A DNA stretch of 64,000 nucleotides from contig NMRA01000188.1 of the NCBI GenBank assembly GCA_002633005.1, positions 418,921-482,920 of the forward strand. The letters run 5' to 3'. Shown in pieces: positions 36,440-51,111 of the stretch. Source of the DNA: Phoronis australis (lineage: Eukaryota > Animalia > Phoronida). Every line of letters begins with the position of its first letter. The stretch's first letter is position 1. Under the pieces are notes generated by a model. That model was given only the letters and a program-made list of their open reading frames with translations, made no database searches and was not told the DNA's origin. The position numbers and the translations under genes were made by a program.

Positions 36440-36907
36440 CGATAACTAAAACTCGCATATTCTTAAAGGACTCGCCCCAGCGGAACTCGCGGCTGTGCAT
36501 CTGCTCTCCTCGAAACACGTCTTTTCCATCGATGAGAGGTGTCAGAGGAATTTTATTGTTTCCGATCGCCAAAATAACTCGAGGAAATGTCTCTTTGTTT
36601 ATTGACACGTCAGTTCCATCAGACCATTTCAAAGTCAGCTCCCAGTTTCCAGTAATTTCGTGGTCGGCTGATTTTTCTATTTTCAGTACTTTTGTATTCA
36701 GCTGAAAGTAGTCTCGCAGTCGGAAGTGTTCGAAGTAATCTTCCAGATATTCATACATCAGATAGTGTGGCAGATATGGCGGGTAGCTCTTTGGCATGGG
36801 GAAGTCACTGAATTCTGTCATGCATTTACTCGTGTTCGTAATCAAAGATGGATAAATGGCAGCCCCTTGATTTGGTCGACAGGCTTCTGAGTAGTACCAC
36901 ACACCAC
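36440..36907 (-). CDS. FMO: Flavin-containing monooxygenase, coding exon 2
   Basis: Acceptor TTCTAG at 36908 and donor GTAAGG at 36439. GGVW, TNTSK..EFSDFP and the FMO fingerprint FRGEQMHSREF. Confidence 0.92.
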
Positions 36908-39152
36908 CTAGAAATAATTTAAATCAAAAAGACATTTCACTTGTCTATTAGTGTATTTTTATTTATTTATTTGCGTATATATTTAGTATTGGCTCAATTC
37001 AAAATGAGAGTGACCACCTCCTTGTTTTCCGAATGATGCTTCCCTGAGCAGACAGTAAAATGCAACAACCGCAAAATGGCGTTTACGTGAGTGAGAACTG
37101 AGGACACAGTCTTCGGAATAAAGACGATACTTTGGCATAACCCACATAGCTGCGTCTTCATATCAAAACTCATTTTTTCTTGTTTCTAAATGGGTACCCC
37201 TTCCCTTCACATGTAGGCTTATACCGTGAAACTGGCAACCACCAAACGCAACTTTTGAAAAATGTCTCCCCAGAGATATGTGCTTCTTAAAACTTCAATT
37301 TTACTGTGAGCCTACTCGTGGGTAATAAACTTATCTTATTGAAACTTTGACGTCAGGTTAAGAAGTCAGAGCCTAGAAAATATGCCGAATCAGCGTTTTG
37401 GTATTATCAACATGTTCGTGTCGAAGGAAAAGATACGAAAACCCTAAGTCTTGACGAAAACTTTTTAAAATTGTCACAAAAAAGTTGCATTTTTAACACG
37501 AAAATTAAAAACCGGACAATCGCCGCACAAATGAAGAAGTCCGTGATAAATCAACGTTTCTTCTATTCGTTAGACATCATCAGGATATTTACATAGGACA
37601 ACAAGTGTCAACATACATTTTAGGTGACATCCATGAAGTGAAGTGAGTGATACAGAGTAGTCAATAGCTGGTCAACATGAAAACGTTACAGTGTGGACAC
37701 AGACTTATGTTGATCGAAAACGCCGCAATAAAAATTGATCTAGGAAATATCACAAACAGGTATCTCTCATTATTTTACTGAATTGGATATCAAAATTCCG
37801 TCGCTTGATCTACATTAATTTGCAAACGATTTGGAAAATGTGAACAACACGGAACTGCAGACTAGGTGTCTTATGTTTTTGGTTTCATGAAAAGTATTTA
37901 CAACGATTATACGGACAAGCTGTAATTGACGTTACCATGGAAGTTTTTACTTGCTGATCGCGTTGTAGTTATTGAGTTTTGCAGATTTTGTTCGGGAATT
38001 TTGAAATAGGAAACTCGTTGGGCTCTGTAAAAAATGAGGATTGGCAACTGTCCAAAGCTCTATCGATTAATTAAAAGGGTACTCCACGACGAGTTGGTTG
38101 GAGGGAAATGTCTCAGTTCGAACATCTGTCAGGAAAATAGCTGTGCGTCAGCAATATTGTTTGAAATAGTCCACTCACTTATAGTTCATTTACTGAAAAC
38201 TGGAGATCACAAATCCCTCTATCAGTAAAGCTTAATTTTTGCATTTAGTGGAAATTAGCTGAGAATGCGTACCAACGACACGACATTTTTGGATGGATAG
38301 CTTGGGTCAAGAACAGGGTTACCTAGCACTACGTGAAATGTTATGAGTGTGTGACTGTATATTGGTGAAACAGTGCTCAAATGACCAACGCACTATTGAG
38401 ACTAATTGTAAGCAAACGGTTAGCCCTAGCTTAAAGTGCTTAAAACCATCACTTACGTGTTTTGACACGTGATAACATTGCCAGCATCATTAAACCTTCA
38501 TTTGTAGGCCCTAGTACTGTATATCACAATTGATATCCCGAAAACAAGAAAATAGAAGAAAAGCAACTCCAGCTGAAAGTTTTTTAGCTCCACGGACAGG
38601 AGTGTGACGTAACAACGCACTCAGCGCCAGTGTGTCATGATGTCCATCAATACGCCGGGATTTTCCAGTGTCCCACGACGAGGTCAAATACCAATTGTCA
38701 CAACCACCACAAACGCAAGCAACGCCTCGACATTCCTTATCATACCATACACCATGGGAAAACAAGCAGTAATATCTGAAGACTTGTCCTACTAAACACA
38801 ATGGAGAATAACTAATATTGTGATTGGTTGTCCTAATTTTACGTAGTATGTTTCGACCAAAAAATGCTCGTAACTCGAAATCAGCTAATTTACATGTCGT
38901 CAGATAGAATTTGCAGGTGTTCTAATATGGCAGCTGATCGGCTGGCCTGGTTGTTTCTTGGGGGTTTTTTGATATGAAATTGGTGATATAACCACTTTAA
39001 TAAATGAACATCGCACACGTCAATCTAAAGAGTTGTATCAATTTTTCGAAGATGATGGTTGGAAAAAATAAGGACATTAGTGGGTGGAAAGAAGTACTAT
39101 CCCTTAAAGACCACATCGATTCATGCAATAGTAAATCTTAAGATACGATTAC

Positions 39153-39270
39153 CTATCTGATCGTGCTGTTCAAAGCAGACCGGAAGCAGTCCTTCGTCAA
39201 GACACTCCTTCACAGACACAATTCCTCCAATGCCTCCTCCCACTATGGCCACACGCACTCTTTCGGTCAT
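39153..39270 (-). CDS. FMO: Flavin-containing monooxygenase, coding exon 1 (FAD-binding; absent from the ORF track)
   Basis: MTERVRVAIVGGGIGGIVSVKECLDEGLLPVCFEQHDQIG with GxGxxG, and donor GTAATC at 39152. A pyrimidine-rich acceptor at 39356 suggests an upstream non-coding exon. Confidence 0.9.
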
Positions 39271-40639
39271 CGTAAATGCAGCCGGCCTGTTCTTACTCAA
39301 AAGGCTCAGAATTCCCTGAGCTCAAATACATCAAGGCACGCCGACAATGATGTTTCTGAAGTGACAAAATACGAAACAAGAACAATGCAAAGCGTCTAGG
39401 CGAAATTCGTCCACGAGAGCTTCGTAAACGGTGTGCTTCTAGGGGACTTGATTAGTCAGTCACAGTGCCGCGTTTTGCTATGGTCTACTAGTCGTGAAGC
39501 AAGAATTTCTGTAAACGTCAGGAAAAGCGACTGTCCTCCATCGTAAGTTGGAAACGTACGCTACGTTACGTTGTCCCTATAGGAACAAGTGGTTCCCAGC
39601 TTGTCCCTATAGGAACTGGTTCTCAGCTTGTCTAATGAATTAAGGTCGTTCATAGAGATCACGCAGCGCCGTGCTTTCGTGTCTTATGTGTTGAATTATT
39701 TTTTGAAAGTTTTTAATACAGCAAATTTGCGCCCCTGATAGGCCTACTTGACATGCACCGTGAACCGAGTGCATGGGTTCCACTGATTGCTTGCCCAGTT
39801 GATTAGACACTTCAAACTTAATTGTGTTGAAAGAAACTTAGGTCCCGGGTCTAATCTATACCCGAGATCGAGCTCAAAATTATTTTGGCATTTTCTATTC
39901 TACCTTTGTACGAGCTCAAGATGAGTACATGACTAGTACATATATAATGGTATACCCGTGGAGCTGTTCAATCCAGTAGTTTGCACTTAATGACCCAATT
40001 GATCTTTGAAGCTAAAAGTTCTAGTCGGAATTCTACTATGAAATTTTAGGAGTTTTGAGCTCGAATCTAGGGGTCATCAAATGTGAATTTAGATTAGGAA
40101 CTCATTTGCATAAACTATAATATACTTGAGTGAGTAATAATGGACACTTATCATAAGTTCGCACAAATTAAAGAACGTAGAACGGAAAATGAAAAAATAA
40201 CTTCTAGTTAGATTTCGCGTAGAAGTATTAGGCCCCAGGCGCTGGTCTATAAATTGCGCTATGTATGAAAAAGTAAGAAGGAAGTGTTCTCGTTACTTAC
40301 TGGGGAGGGGGTACACGAATTGAGCCCCCGACGCATTTGCAAAGTAATGACAGAGAGAGTTGTCATGTAGACCTGACTGAATTATGCACAATCGTCCAAG
40401 GTTACACAGATTCGGAATATACATATTACCTTTAGGTACAGTAGCATTAGGCAACACATAGCCCCTCGGTTGGTCATTTAGGGTCTACAATACTTCCATT
40501 CGCTTTCTGTACGCATTTCGTTACATGAGTCTTAATTGGGCGGTAGGCCAAATCCGGCCACCGATTTTGAGTTTTCACCTCGTCAAAAATACATTCCACA
40601 CTTACGACTATCATTTAAAAAAGCGCTTACTTTCATCAT

Positions 40640-43560
40640 TTTTTTCTTATTATCATTTGCAAACAATTACAAAAACAAACAAACAAATAAGTACACCATT
40701 CATTCACGCATGCACACGTCAGGAAGACCATTCTCATATCTCGTTTAAAGTTAATATCGTCTACATGTAGTTAACATGAACAATAAAATTTTCCCATTTC
40801 GAAGAGAAGCTGTCATATACAAAGTTTTTATATGCATTTAATTTTTCAGCATTATAGTATTCATAAGATTTTGTAACGAACTTGAGAAAATTGGGTATAT
40901 TTTTGTGACATCTCTCCTTGTAAATGTACTGTTTAGCTAGTAGAAGCAAAATGTTAAATAGAAAATCATGCGTCTTGTAAAGTCCAAGAATAACACTATC
41001 GTAAGACAGACAGTTGGGAAGCAGAATGCGACACTTTTGAAGTAGCTTTCCGAATTCCTTCCAGAAATCTTGTACAAAGCTACATTCCCAAAAAAGGTGT
41101 GACAGCGTCTCTGGAGCTTTATTACAAAAGGAACATAGATCAGAATCCCTAACACATATTTTGACTAAAAAGGTATTTGTTGCAATAATTCTATGTAGTA
41201 TTCTAAATTGGAACCATCTAATATGGGAATCCTTTGTAATTTTGTAAGGTAAAGCATATATTTTCTTCCAATCTAAACTATCTCCTAGCTCTATTTCCCA
41301 TTTACACTCTGACTTAGGTTTCTTAACATTATTAAAGACTGAACAAATATGTCTACAACCTTTCAAATCTTTCCGTAAGTGAGTAATTGCTAAAGGCATA
41401 CAAGGACAGTAGACATTGACACTTTTAAATTTACTTTGAAATAGACTTTTTTGAAACCTTCTTAGAACAGAAACAACACCATTATATTCTACAAAGTTGG
41501 TTTTCACGTCGAACCTATTTTTCATATTGTTCAGACTAACAAAATCACCATCAGAGGTATACATATCTCTAATAAATCTTAAGCCTTTTACAAACCAAGG
41601 CTTATAAAAAACACCTGTGCCTCCGATAGCCAAGTTACTATTAAACCACAAAGGTTGATTCAAAAAGTCCTCTTTACTCGCAACAATTATTTTCTTGTAG
41701 AAAGATAACATACTTCCAAATACGTCGCGCCAGTAGGAATTACCAATTAGAGTTAACTTCGACTTAAAAAAAAAAAAAAAAACTTCGACTTAATAAAGTC
41801 ATCTCCAAATGAAGCAAAATTCTTTAAGAACGGGTAGAGTGAGTACAGTAATTCACCACTTTTAGACGCAGGGCTCTCAAGATATCTACGGGCCATAGCG
41901 AGTTTTAAAGCTTTGCTGAAAGTATGCATATTAACCATTTGAATTCCCCCTTGATCAAGTCCTAAACAGGCCGTAGTTCGTTTAATTTTATCATTACAGG
42001 CCTGCCATACAAATCTAAATGTCTCGTCCGCATATTGCGAAATCCAATATTCCTTATTCCCAGCAACTACACCAGCAATATTTTTATTATTCTTGATTAA
42101 ATACGCCAAAATCTCCGCGTACAATATAAAAATGTAGGGAGACAAAGGGTCACCCTGTCTGCAGCCACGCGAAATATTGAACCAAGAAGATGGGTGACCA
42201 TTTACGACAACACAGGACTTAATATTACTGTAAAAGACTTTCACCCACCTTCTGATCGACCAACCAAAATTAAGGAAAGATAGAGTTTTTTTAATAAAAT
42301 TCCACGACAATGACTCAGATGCTTTCACAAAATCAATCAGTAAAAGCAATCCAGGTTTGTTAGTTGCCTGGGCATAAAACATTAAATCATATAGCACTCG
42401 GATATTTTCGTTCATATTTCTTCCAGAAACGAAACCTGTCTGGTCCTTACTGATTACTTTTCCCAAAACGGATTTTAACCGTTCAGCCACTGCCGAAGAA
42501 GCCAATTTATATGTCACATTCAGTAAGGATATGGGTCTCCAGTTTTTCAAATAAAGTTTACTTTTATCGGCTCCCTTAGGGATGCAGGTGATCACTCCCT
42601 CTTTCTGTGTTGAGGATAACTGGCCAACAGCAAAACCAGTATTAAGTGAGCGAACAACGAAATGTCCAATGTCAGCCCAAAAAAATTCAAAAATTTCACT
42701 GAAAAATCATCAGAGCCTGGGCTTTTGTTGTTCTTCATTTTTTTCAAGCATTGTGTGACTTCTTCATATGTAAGAAGACCTTCTAATTTTTCTTTTTCTG
42801 TCTCATTCAGCTTGGAGACACAAACATTATCAAGAAGAGTTTTTAAAGAAGTAGTGTTAGACTGTCTATATTTGTATAGATTTTCATACAAAGTTTTGGT
42901 TTCCTGAATAACCTCTTCTTCACTATTGGTTTTAGTATTATCAGATTTCCACAAAAAGCATAAACTTACTTGTGTAATGCCTATTTTCCAAGTGAAGAAA
43001 ATATTTGGAAAGCTTTTCACCTTCTTCAATCCATCTTGCTCTCGACCTAGTCATAAGACCTCTTAACTTATTTTGCCTTAGCTCGGCAAGTAAATTATTT
43101 TTTTGTTCCAGTAGTTCCCTGTCAAGGCTTAGACTTTTTTCCAACAAGCTTATTTCTTTGATAAGTTGCTGTTCAACTCTATCACTTTTTCTTTTTAAGT
43201 AAGTAGCAAAGGAAAGTGTTTTGCCGCGAATCTCCATCAACAACGTCTCAAGAAAAAGTTGATCATTTATATACAGTTGTAAGTCTGAATTACTTGTACT
43301 ATCAACTGTCTGAATGTCGTCAGTCATAAACTGTTGTTTAACTAATTTATTAGTATTCTTGACTGCAGCAATATACTCAGAGTTTTTTAGGAGAGAATTA
43401 TTAAACTTCCAAAATGATTTTCTTCTCCTGGAAACATCACTTTTAAAAAAACCGTTACCATTGAATGATCGGACCGGTAACCGAATTCTATTATGGAGTC
43501 GTCAATATCAGCTAAAAGGTTTTCAGAAATTGAGAAAAAAATCTAGTCATCATTTGTTCT
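40640..43560 (-). mobile_element. L1/Tx1-clade LINE ORF2 remnant with internal deletion
   Basis: WKFNNSLL, RSRARW..GEK..KYF, KSPGSDDF, NWRPISLLN, RGCRQGDPLSP, QYADE joined directly to FRFVW, and CSFCNKAPETLSHLFWEC. Confidence 0.92.
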
Positions 43561-44775
43561 TTCTACTTCCATACATATCTTCGATGAAGTTTAGTTGTGA
43601 GAATTAAGATGACTTTGGCGAAGAATTCTAACTCCACTATTTTGGTTGCCGTTAACTTTTTCACCACGCGCGCGATAACCACAAAGTATGTCAACTGAGT
43701 CACATGAGTTAGGCAAAGGCTAGCGCGAGACTGAGCGAAGCGCGTGACGCTAGGGCTTGACACTTGCAAAATCGCACTGATATCGAGAAAGTGAAATTTG
43801 TAAGATTTGTGTCCCTTGGACTTTTTATTCGTCAACATGCATGATTTCACGTAACTTCCTCAAAATGGCACCCGGTAAGAGAGACCGGCGAGCAAACTGC
43901 GACAGATTTTCATCGATTTGTTCAAATTATCTTGACTGAATCGTATCCAGATTTATGGTATGAGTTGTTTATAACTCCATGTGCATATATGAATGTTTCA
44001 TTTTATTTTAATTCCTGTATTTTGAAATGAGGAACATTTTGTGGGGATGTAGGCCTACTATCGCCCAGCGGCATCCAGGACGATGTAATATTGCCTACAG
44101 TAGCATAAGTATCAACCTCTCTTTTTAACCTCATTTTAAAAGAACGACGTGCAGTGGGCGGATCGACCAACGGGTTCAGGAGGTTTACAGTGGACCCCCT
44201 CACAAGTCTGCAATCGGCAATGCGATCAACTATCGACCGGCAGTCCGCCTTGATTTAACAAACCAGTCACCCACTGGCCACCTGTGAACCGTTCCGCTAT
44301 TCAAAATGGATAAAACTGGTTTGATGGGACCCCGACAGCTAGGTCATTACCCTCTGACACAGCGCCACCTATACCTTTCGTAGCACTGTCAAAGATATAG
44401 TATCTTTGGCACTGTGAAAGAGTATACTAGGTCATCGGTTCAGAGCGGCGAATGACTTACGTCTATTTACCTGTTGACGCTGTGGACACTCGGCAGAGAG
44501 CACCGTAGGCCTTACCATGACAGCACAAAGCCCGAACTGGTCATGATGACTGACTACCTTATATTTGAGTTCGCCCTGGATCGTCAGCAGTCGGGCTCTT
44601 CAGTTGTACGTCGATAAATACATGAGTGGACTCTTCTCCATGTCACTGATTCAATCTGGGTCACACACTCCTTGGGTGGGTCAAGTTAGTGTGACGGAAA
44701 CGCCATCTTTTGGTTGAGCCGTGAGGTAAATATCTCAATTTCGTCAGTGCTTCATTTTATTGGGATTACCTCATA

Positions 44776-45798
44776 CATAGGCGGATTTAGGGGGGGGGCC
44801 AGGGGGCCCGGGCCCCCCCCCCCCTTGGCTGCCGCAAAAAAATAAAACAGTAAGAGCGTAGGGAAATAAATGCTGAGTTTATTAATTAACCCCGGTAATT
44901 AAAAGTATACGGATGAAAAAAGATTTAAATGTGTGCAGTTTTAGTGTTGGGGGGGGGCTCAAATCCAATTTCAAGTGTCAAATTCGGAACACGGCGCATT
45001 CGTAACGGAACTATGGCTAAGTATAGGCTCTCCCGCGATATCCCAAGCGACCGGCAGTGGCGCTGCGCACTACGACTCAGTTTCCGTCGTCTGCTCCACT
45101 GTGCAATGAAGAAAATTTACTTCATTTTTTAAAGAAAATGGAACCTGAGTGACGATGAAAAAACAGAAGCTGCTGGTAAGATGGGAATTTTAATAGAAGC
45201 CTTAGTGAATCACTCAGAAACTCGCAATACTCTCTTTGTCAAACCTTATGTTAAGACGATTTCCAAAGCAATCCCCGGTCATTATTGCCAACACGAATAA
45301 CGGATTTGGTCTTTTGGGCATTTTAAGACTATTTTAAATACGACAAATTTGTTAAGAATCGATGGCACAAAACGTGTAATAAGCATTACAAAAAGAAGTA
45401 GGTTTCGCGCGCAAACGCTGTGGACCATAAACAAGTACGTCTCTTAGTATGAGATTAGTAGCTAAATCGTGGTGGTGTAGTGGTAACGCACGCGCGCTCT
45501 ATGCGCAAGGTCGTGAGTTCGAGTCTTTGGTACTTGCAGTTTTTCCTGTTTGACACGTTCTCCGTGTTTTTTTTTTTGCCTTTTTTTCTTGGTTAATACT
45601 TCAGGAATCAAGGAAAATACTTGATTTTTAGAGGTCAAAACAGAAAAATTTCCTGGGCGGGAGGGGGGCAAACCCCCCTCCCGACCTCCCCCCATTTGGT
45701 GCTATGCGCATCTACAATCGTGGTTCAGTTTGCGCAAATGTTTACAGCCGGACAAAATGTTGGGCCCCCCCCCTTGTGATATCCTAGATCCGCCACTG
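44776..45798. mobile_element. hAT-like MITE
   Basis: CATAGGCGGATTTAGG / CCTAGATCCGCCACTG inverted ends with G/C-rich subtermini; CCTCATA duplicated on both sides. Confidence 0.75.
45463..45535 (+). other. tRNA-derived (A-box/B-box) sequence inside the MITE
   Basis: TGGTGTAGTGGTAA A-box and GTTCGAGTC B-box with tRNA-like spacing. The acceptor stem does not pair well. Confidence 0.45.
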
Positions 45799-46189
45799 CC
45801 TCATATGACACATTCGATAACAAAGTTACATTTTTGTTGGCTATTGGGTTTGACTTTAGACCCCTGAGTTAGCGCATTTTTGAAATTCTTAGCTCAGAAT
45901 GGTGTCATGTAGTAAAAACGGACCTCTTGGAGTTTCGGCTTCAACTATGCCTTTCATTAATTTAGACACTCCTCGATGTTGCAACCAATCAACGTATTCT
46001 TAGAGGTGGAGGCTTTAAATGCGCTCCCACCAGGCTCGAAGTGAATAACAAAGGAAACTCGTGTAAAGTTCCACGAAAATTCAGTTAATACAGATCTTTG
46101 ACTTTAAATCGAGATTCAAGTTATATGAAGTTTAGCGTGAAATTAACTCGGGTGTTAGGAAATGCACTTGCAGAGATAAGAATATGCCA

Positions 46190-46500
46190 TGTCAAAGTAG
46201 AATTAATTTGGCATGTATCTATAATTTCCATGAACATTCCAGTCAAAGTTAACATTATTCAGGACCACTGTATTTTCAGATCACTCTGCCATTACTTTAT
46301 ATTCCGAAATAACTGAAAATGAGAAGAGAGGTCCTGGTCTTTGGAAATTTAACAGGAGTTATTTAAACTATGCCAATTCAATCAACGAAAACTAAACTTG
46401 AAGTGTGTCGAATTTTATCAGTACCCATTATCGTGATATTGAAGACAAAAATTTAGGGTGGGAATTAATTAAAATGGAAATTAAAAATAAACTTCAATCA
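46190..46500 (+). mobile_element. L1/Tx1 APE-endonuclease C-terminal fragment
   Basis: SRI..., SDHSAI and RGPGLWKFN motifs. Confidence 0.65.
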
Positions 46501-46919
46501 CTTTTGAAAAAGAGGTTGCAAAGAAGTCCCATTCAGATGATATTGTTTAAATAAAAAACAGAAAGCGACCGTCCACTGCCGGAACTCGTAGTGGGGCGAC
46601 CGCTCCGGCCCAAATCCTAGAGTTATCACGGTATTTGTGTTTTGGTTATTTGGCTCAATGTCCCCGACACATACTTTATTAAAAGATTTTTCGACTTTGT
46701 CAACCGTCAATAGTTGGTTATATTAAGAATTTTATTGCTGCCCACATGCCACTGACAGATACATTTGTTGAACACCGGCGTCTAAACAGTTTACATGTAG
46801 ATTTACGACTTACGAGTACTTCAAACACGCCCGCACCCATTATGTGACTTGGAGGTGCGAAGCTAAAGGAAGCTGACCAAACCCGGAGTTCGATCGTCGA
46901 TTTAGGAGGAAGTGGAGCC

Positions 46920-47660
46920 CGTGAGACGGGAGGAACCATGAGACCACCCCCTTTTCAGTAAACCGGTTATATATTTTAACGACAGGCTGCGTTCATGTCG
47001 CTCCCCTATCGGTATTCACAGATACTACGAACTGGCTTCCGTGTGTTTTTGTTCACGATTTATGTGGAGTTTATCGATTTAGTGGTTGTAAAGTTTAATT
47101 TGTCTCTATACTCGTCAATGTTTTGAGTAACAGATTTTATTAATAGTGTGTTTAACATGCATATATATAGGTCTAAAATAAGCACACATTTGATTCCGAA
47201 ATTTACCCTATTTTTGTGCAGCGCATTTTTAATTGAAAGTATTGGAGTGAGACATGAGAGACTGAGCACCTCCGAAGAGTGGACTGAGTGTAGCTTGTGC
47301 AAGGATTGGGCGCACGAAGCCTGCACTGACTATTTAAGGCGTGGACAATATATGCGTGTGATGACTGTGCACTGTGAAAAACTCGGGGACTCATGGCAAA
47401 ACTGGTTTTGTTTTAATTCCCAAACAACTAGAATTTTCAAGATTTTGTACTATTCATGAGCTTTGTATATATTTGTAACTAATATTCCTTAAAATTAATA
47501 CATTTAATTATTTATCATGTTTTCTCAACTTCACCAAAATTTAGTAGTAAACTCATTCAAAAAACACAAATTTTGTACTGCTATTTTACATATTGCACGT
47601 GCCTCATGGTGACCCAATTGTGGAGCAACATGAGACAGCCTCCGGTCGGTCTCGTTCTCA
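46920..47660 (+). mobile_element. Deleted pogo/Tc1-like DNA transposon remnant with C-terminal PHD-like finger
   Basis: SEEWTECSLCKDWAHEAC resembles the C-terminal finger of pogo-type transposases. ATGAGAC motif repeated at 46938, 47254 and 47630. Confidence 0.45.
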
Positions 47661-49493
47661 CAAACATCTACGCAAATTTGGGCTAATGCAGTATTTTTTT
47701 TAATTCGTGAAATCGTTTGGGCACATTTTTAGTACGTTTTGTGGGCGTGCCCAAGAAGTAATAGACGTTTCGTCTCGCTAGATGTATTCAATCACTTTAT
47801 ACAAGGTCCATGTGTATACGATGGCGAAGCTCGAGAGTACAGCAGAGTGGTGACCCTTCCGTTCATTGCAAAAAAACGATCCCCGTTTGGAACATGTTAC
47901 GGAGATAATGAAAAAAATAATTCCAGCGATTGTGATGAGCGATGACGTGTTTATTGCTCCGTGGCGGAGTTACGTCACGTGAACACAGGTGCAAGAAGTC
48001 AAAGAATCTTACAAAACTGTATATAGCGATTATAGTCAGTGCTCGTAAATATTCTAAAAAAACACGACAGAAACTAATAACTCTTTACTTATTTGCCCAT
48101 TTTTAGTTATTATCGTTAATTGTACGTAGTCGAGACCATTTATTAAAATTACTCCGTGACGCACAAACAAAGGTAACTAATTACACTATACGTGATCTCC
48201 CTAAGAATTACTCGTCGTGCTTAAATGCCAGTGATCGATCGTGACCGAATGCATGAAACAGTTATAACAGCGACTCAACTAAGTTCCCTAAATCTTTTAC
48301 TTCCGTTCCTTACTCATAGGTGTAATCTTTTGCTGACATGTTATTTAGCTTAATTGTAATCTGCTCTGTGCCTAATGGCATCAGCTGGGTCTTAAAAACG
48401 GGGAATTTGTCTCTAATTATTATGACAATTCAACGTAGAGTTCATGGTCGATTTGTATCAAAGCTAAATTAGTAATGAAACTAAAACAGCATAAGAAAAG
48501 ACAATCAGCGATTCCACAAATACGCTGCAGATTTGGGGTACTCAGTTGATTCCCTATTTGGGGCCATTCACGCACAAAGATACGTAGTTTCTTACACTAT
48601 ACAGTCATCTGCCAACAAATTTTACGTCTTGCTTAGGGGCTTGATTCGTCACGACCTCAAAGTTAAGTCAGAAATTGGATCTTTTAGCACCGCTTCGCTA
48701 TTCCTGGACGCAAATATTAAAATGTGATTATTATCGATGACATTGCATTTTAAAAATAATTCAGCAGAGTTGTGAATCAATAATTTTGGGTCAGAGACTT
48801 TGCACTTGGCCTAACCGCCCTGTAAAGGTTTAGTTAGGAATTTTACAGTCTCTTAAAAATCACTTTTCATAAAACTTGGACTCAAGTCGGCGGGGCCAAG
48901 CTAGCTTATGACCCGTTATATTCCATTTGATAGCTTTTGGAAATTAAATTCGCTTTAATGATATCCAGTGCAGGTCTCGACGCTTAAAGTTTTCAAAAAT
49001 ACATAATTCGCTTCACATATACATTAAACGAGTGCCTTTTGAGAAAAATCAATAACTTAATGTTCATAAATTAACAAGAAATCATAATGTCGGCAGTAGG
49101 TAAGATCACTGCATGAATAAATAAAGTAAAATTTGTCCCTGAACTCACAATAGCACAAATTCTACACATGGTAGTAGGCCTATTCCTCACGGTTCCCGCG
49201 GGCGTTGTTAACACATTCTTTATCTCATTATACAATTGCTTTTTATGAGCTGTAACTACTTTCTCATCTACCACATTTCCAGTCTTTCGAACCCGCTTTT
49301 CTACTCATGAACGGCAATGAACTAACTTTTTATTTTTAATACATTTATTGCCCAGACAACATCACGTAGCCATTCTGAGGTTGGGTGCCTCAGTTATAGC
49401 TTTAACAAAAGTATATAATAGCGACTAATAGATATATAAGGCAATAAAATGTACCTGGATAGGGGAGCGGGGGAAGGACTTTCACGCGCCATT

Positions 49494-49543
49494 CACACAC
49501 ACACAAACACACACACACAAACACCCACACACACACACACACA
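49494..49543. repeat. (CA)n microsatellite, imperfect
   Basis: Direct reading of the sequence. Confidence 0.9.
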
Positions 49544-51111
49544 CGCCGTGTTGAAATTGTCTGGAGATATTAGGTTCTATATAAATACGTACAAACATAA
49601 ATACATATAAAAATAATAATAACAGTACAAGGATTTCTAGAATACTAATTAAAATGAACTAACTATAATAGCAACTCAAAGCTCTTGAAGAATTTTTTCT
49701 CATGAACCTGCAGCATCATATCGCTTAGTTAAGGTGATGCTGTTCGTCTATGTTTTCTGATTTTCCAAAAACAAAAAATAATAAATTTAGCTTTGATATT
49801 TGTAAATAAACAATCTCAACTTGATTTTAGCAGTCTTGCTAATTTTGGATCGATCTTGTATAACAGGTGTTTTTGAGGGGCTAATACAGCAGGCACGGTG
49901 CAAAGATTTATAACTATACATCTTGGAAGGACGTGGGTAAAATGTAAGCAAAAGAAAATCTTGCAATAAGTTAATGTCATAAAAAGCCAGGCTCTTCCTT
50001 GATTAATTTAACTTGGTTACCACCACAAAAAGAATTTCGTTAGAATGTTTTGGCTTTCCATATTCTAAAAACTGAGCAATTATGAAATAAACAACTCTTT
50101 AGTTGGAAAAATTAATATATCCATAAGGGATTTGAATCGTGTTTTTCGTGTTTTAATGGTGCAAAGCAATAAGGCCGGCTGACGATAATCTTGCTCAATA
50201 GATCGCAAGCGTGACATACGTAACAACAGTCTTGATCCGTAGACGTAATGGGGTTACTTGTAGCAGCTTAGCGCGCATCTATCGTCTAGTGAGTGTCATG
50301 TAAAAGTGAATGTGGTGCTATCGGCGGCACCTAGTTAATCTACGTTGGCGCAAAATACGGAAGTTTTTGGTGGCATGACGTGGTTTTGTAGGACCTTAAA
50401 AAAATTCAAAATCTGGCTGACTTCGGAACGTCTTGTCACACAAACGGCTGAGTGATTGGACTGGTCTCCAAAACGCTGTTATGAATTATATGTAAAATAT
50501 CATTGATGCGGTTGTTTTGCTATGTATGTACCTATCTGTTTTGTTAAATTCTACTAAAAACATGGTCGTGAGAAGATCCAGTTAACAACATACTTGTATA
50601 AAAAACAGCGCAGTATCAGAAAGTTTCATATGAAGTCGAAGGATTTTCAAACGCCCTTTATTTATTTCTATAAAAATTAAGTAAAACGAAAATGAAATGA
50701 TCCGAAAATTGCAATCACGTTTCCAGGCCTTTATATCAAACGAATTTTGGTAGTATCATTGATTTCATTGTTTTGCTATAATATACCTTTTTTGCTAAAA
50801 AGATATGACCACATGACCCAATTAATGGCAAATTGGTATAAAAGACAAAACTCAAACTCTACAGGTTTAATATTTTTATAAAATATATCCCTTTATTGAG
50901 TTAAAATGTATTGTTGTGAATAAATTTGGGTAGGTACATTGCACACATACTTAATGTTGATAAGGTCATACAATACCTTAAATATAGTTGGTGGTCAGTC
51001 ACAAGACAGACCGGCTTCGGCCTTTTAACTAAGAAGTTAATTTCAGTTAGTATCTAAATTAATGTTGGCTTGACTAGAAATGTTATTTTGAGCTACTCCA
51101 TGCCGGCATTT

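Noticed and set aside
45463-45535. Functional tRNA gene
   Set aside because: The acceptor stem does not pair and the sequence lies within a MITE.
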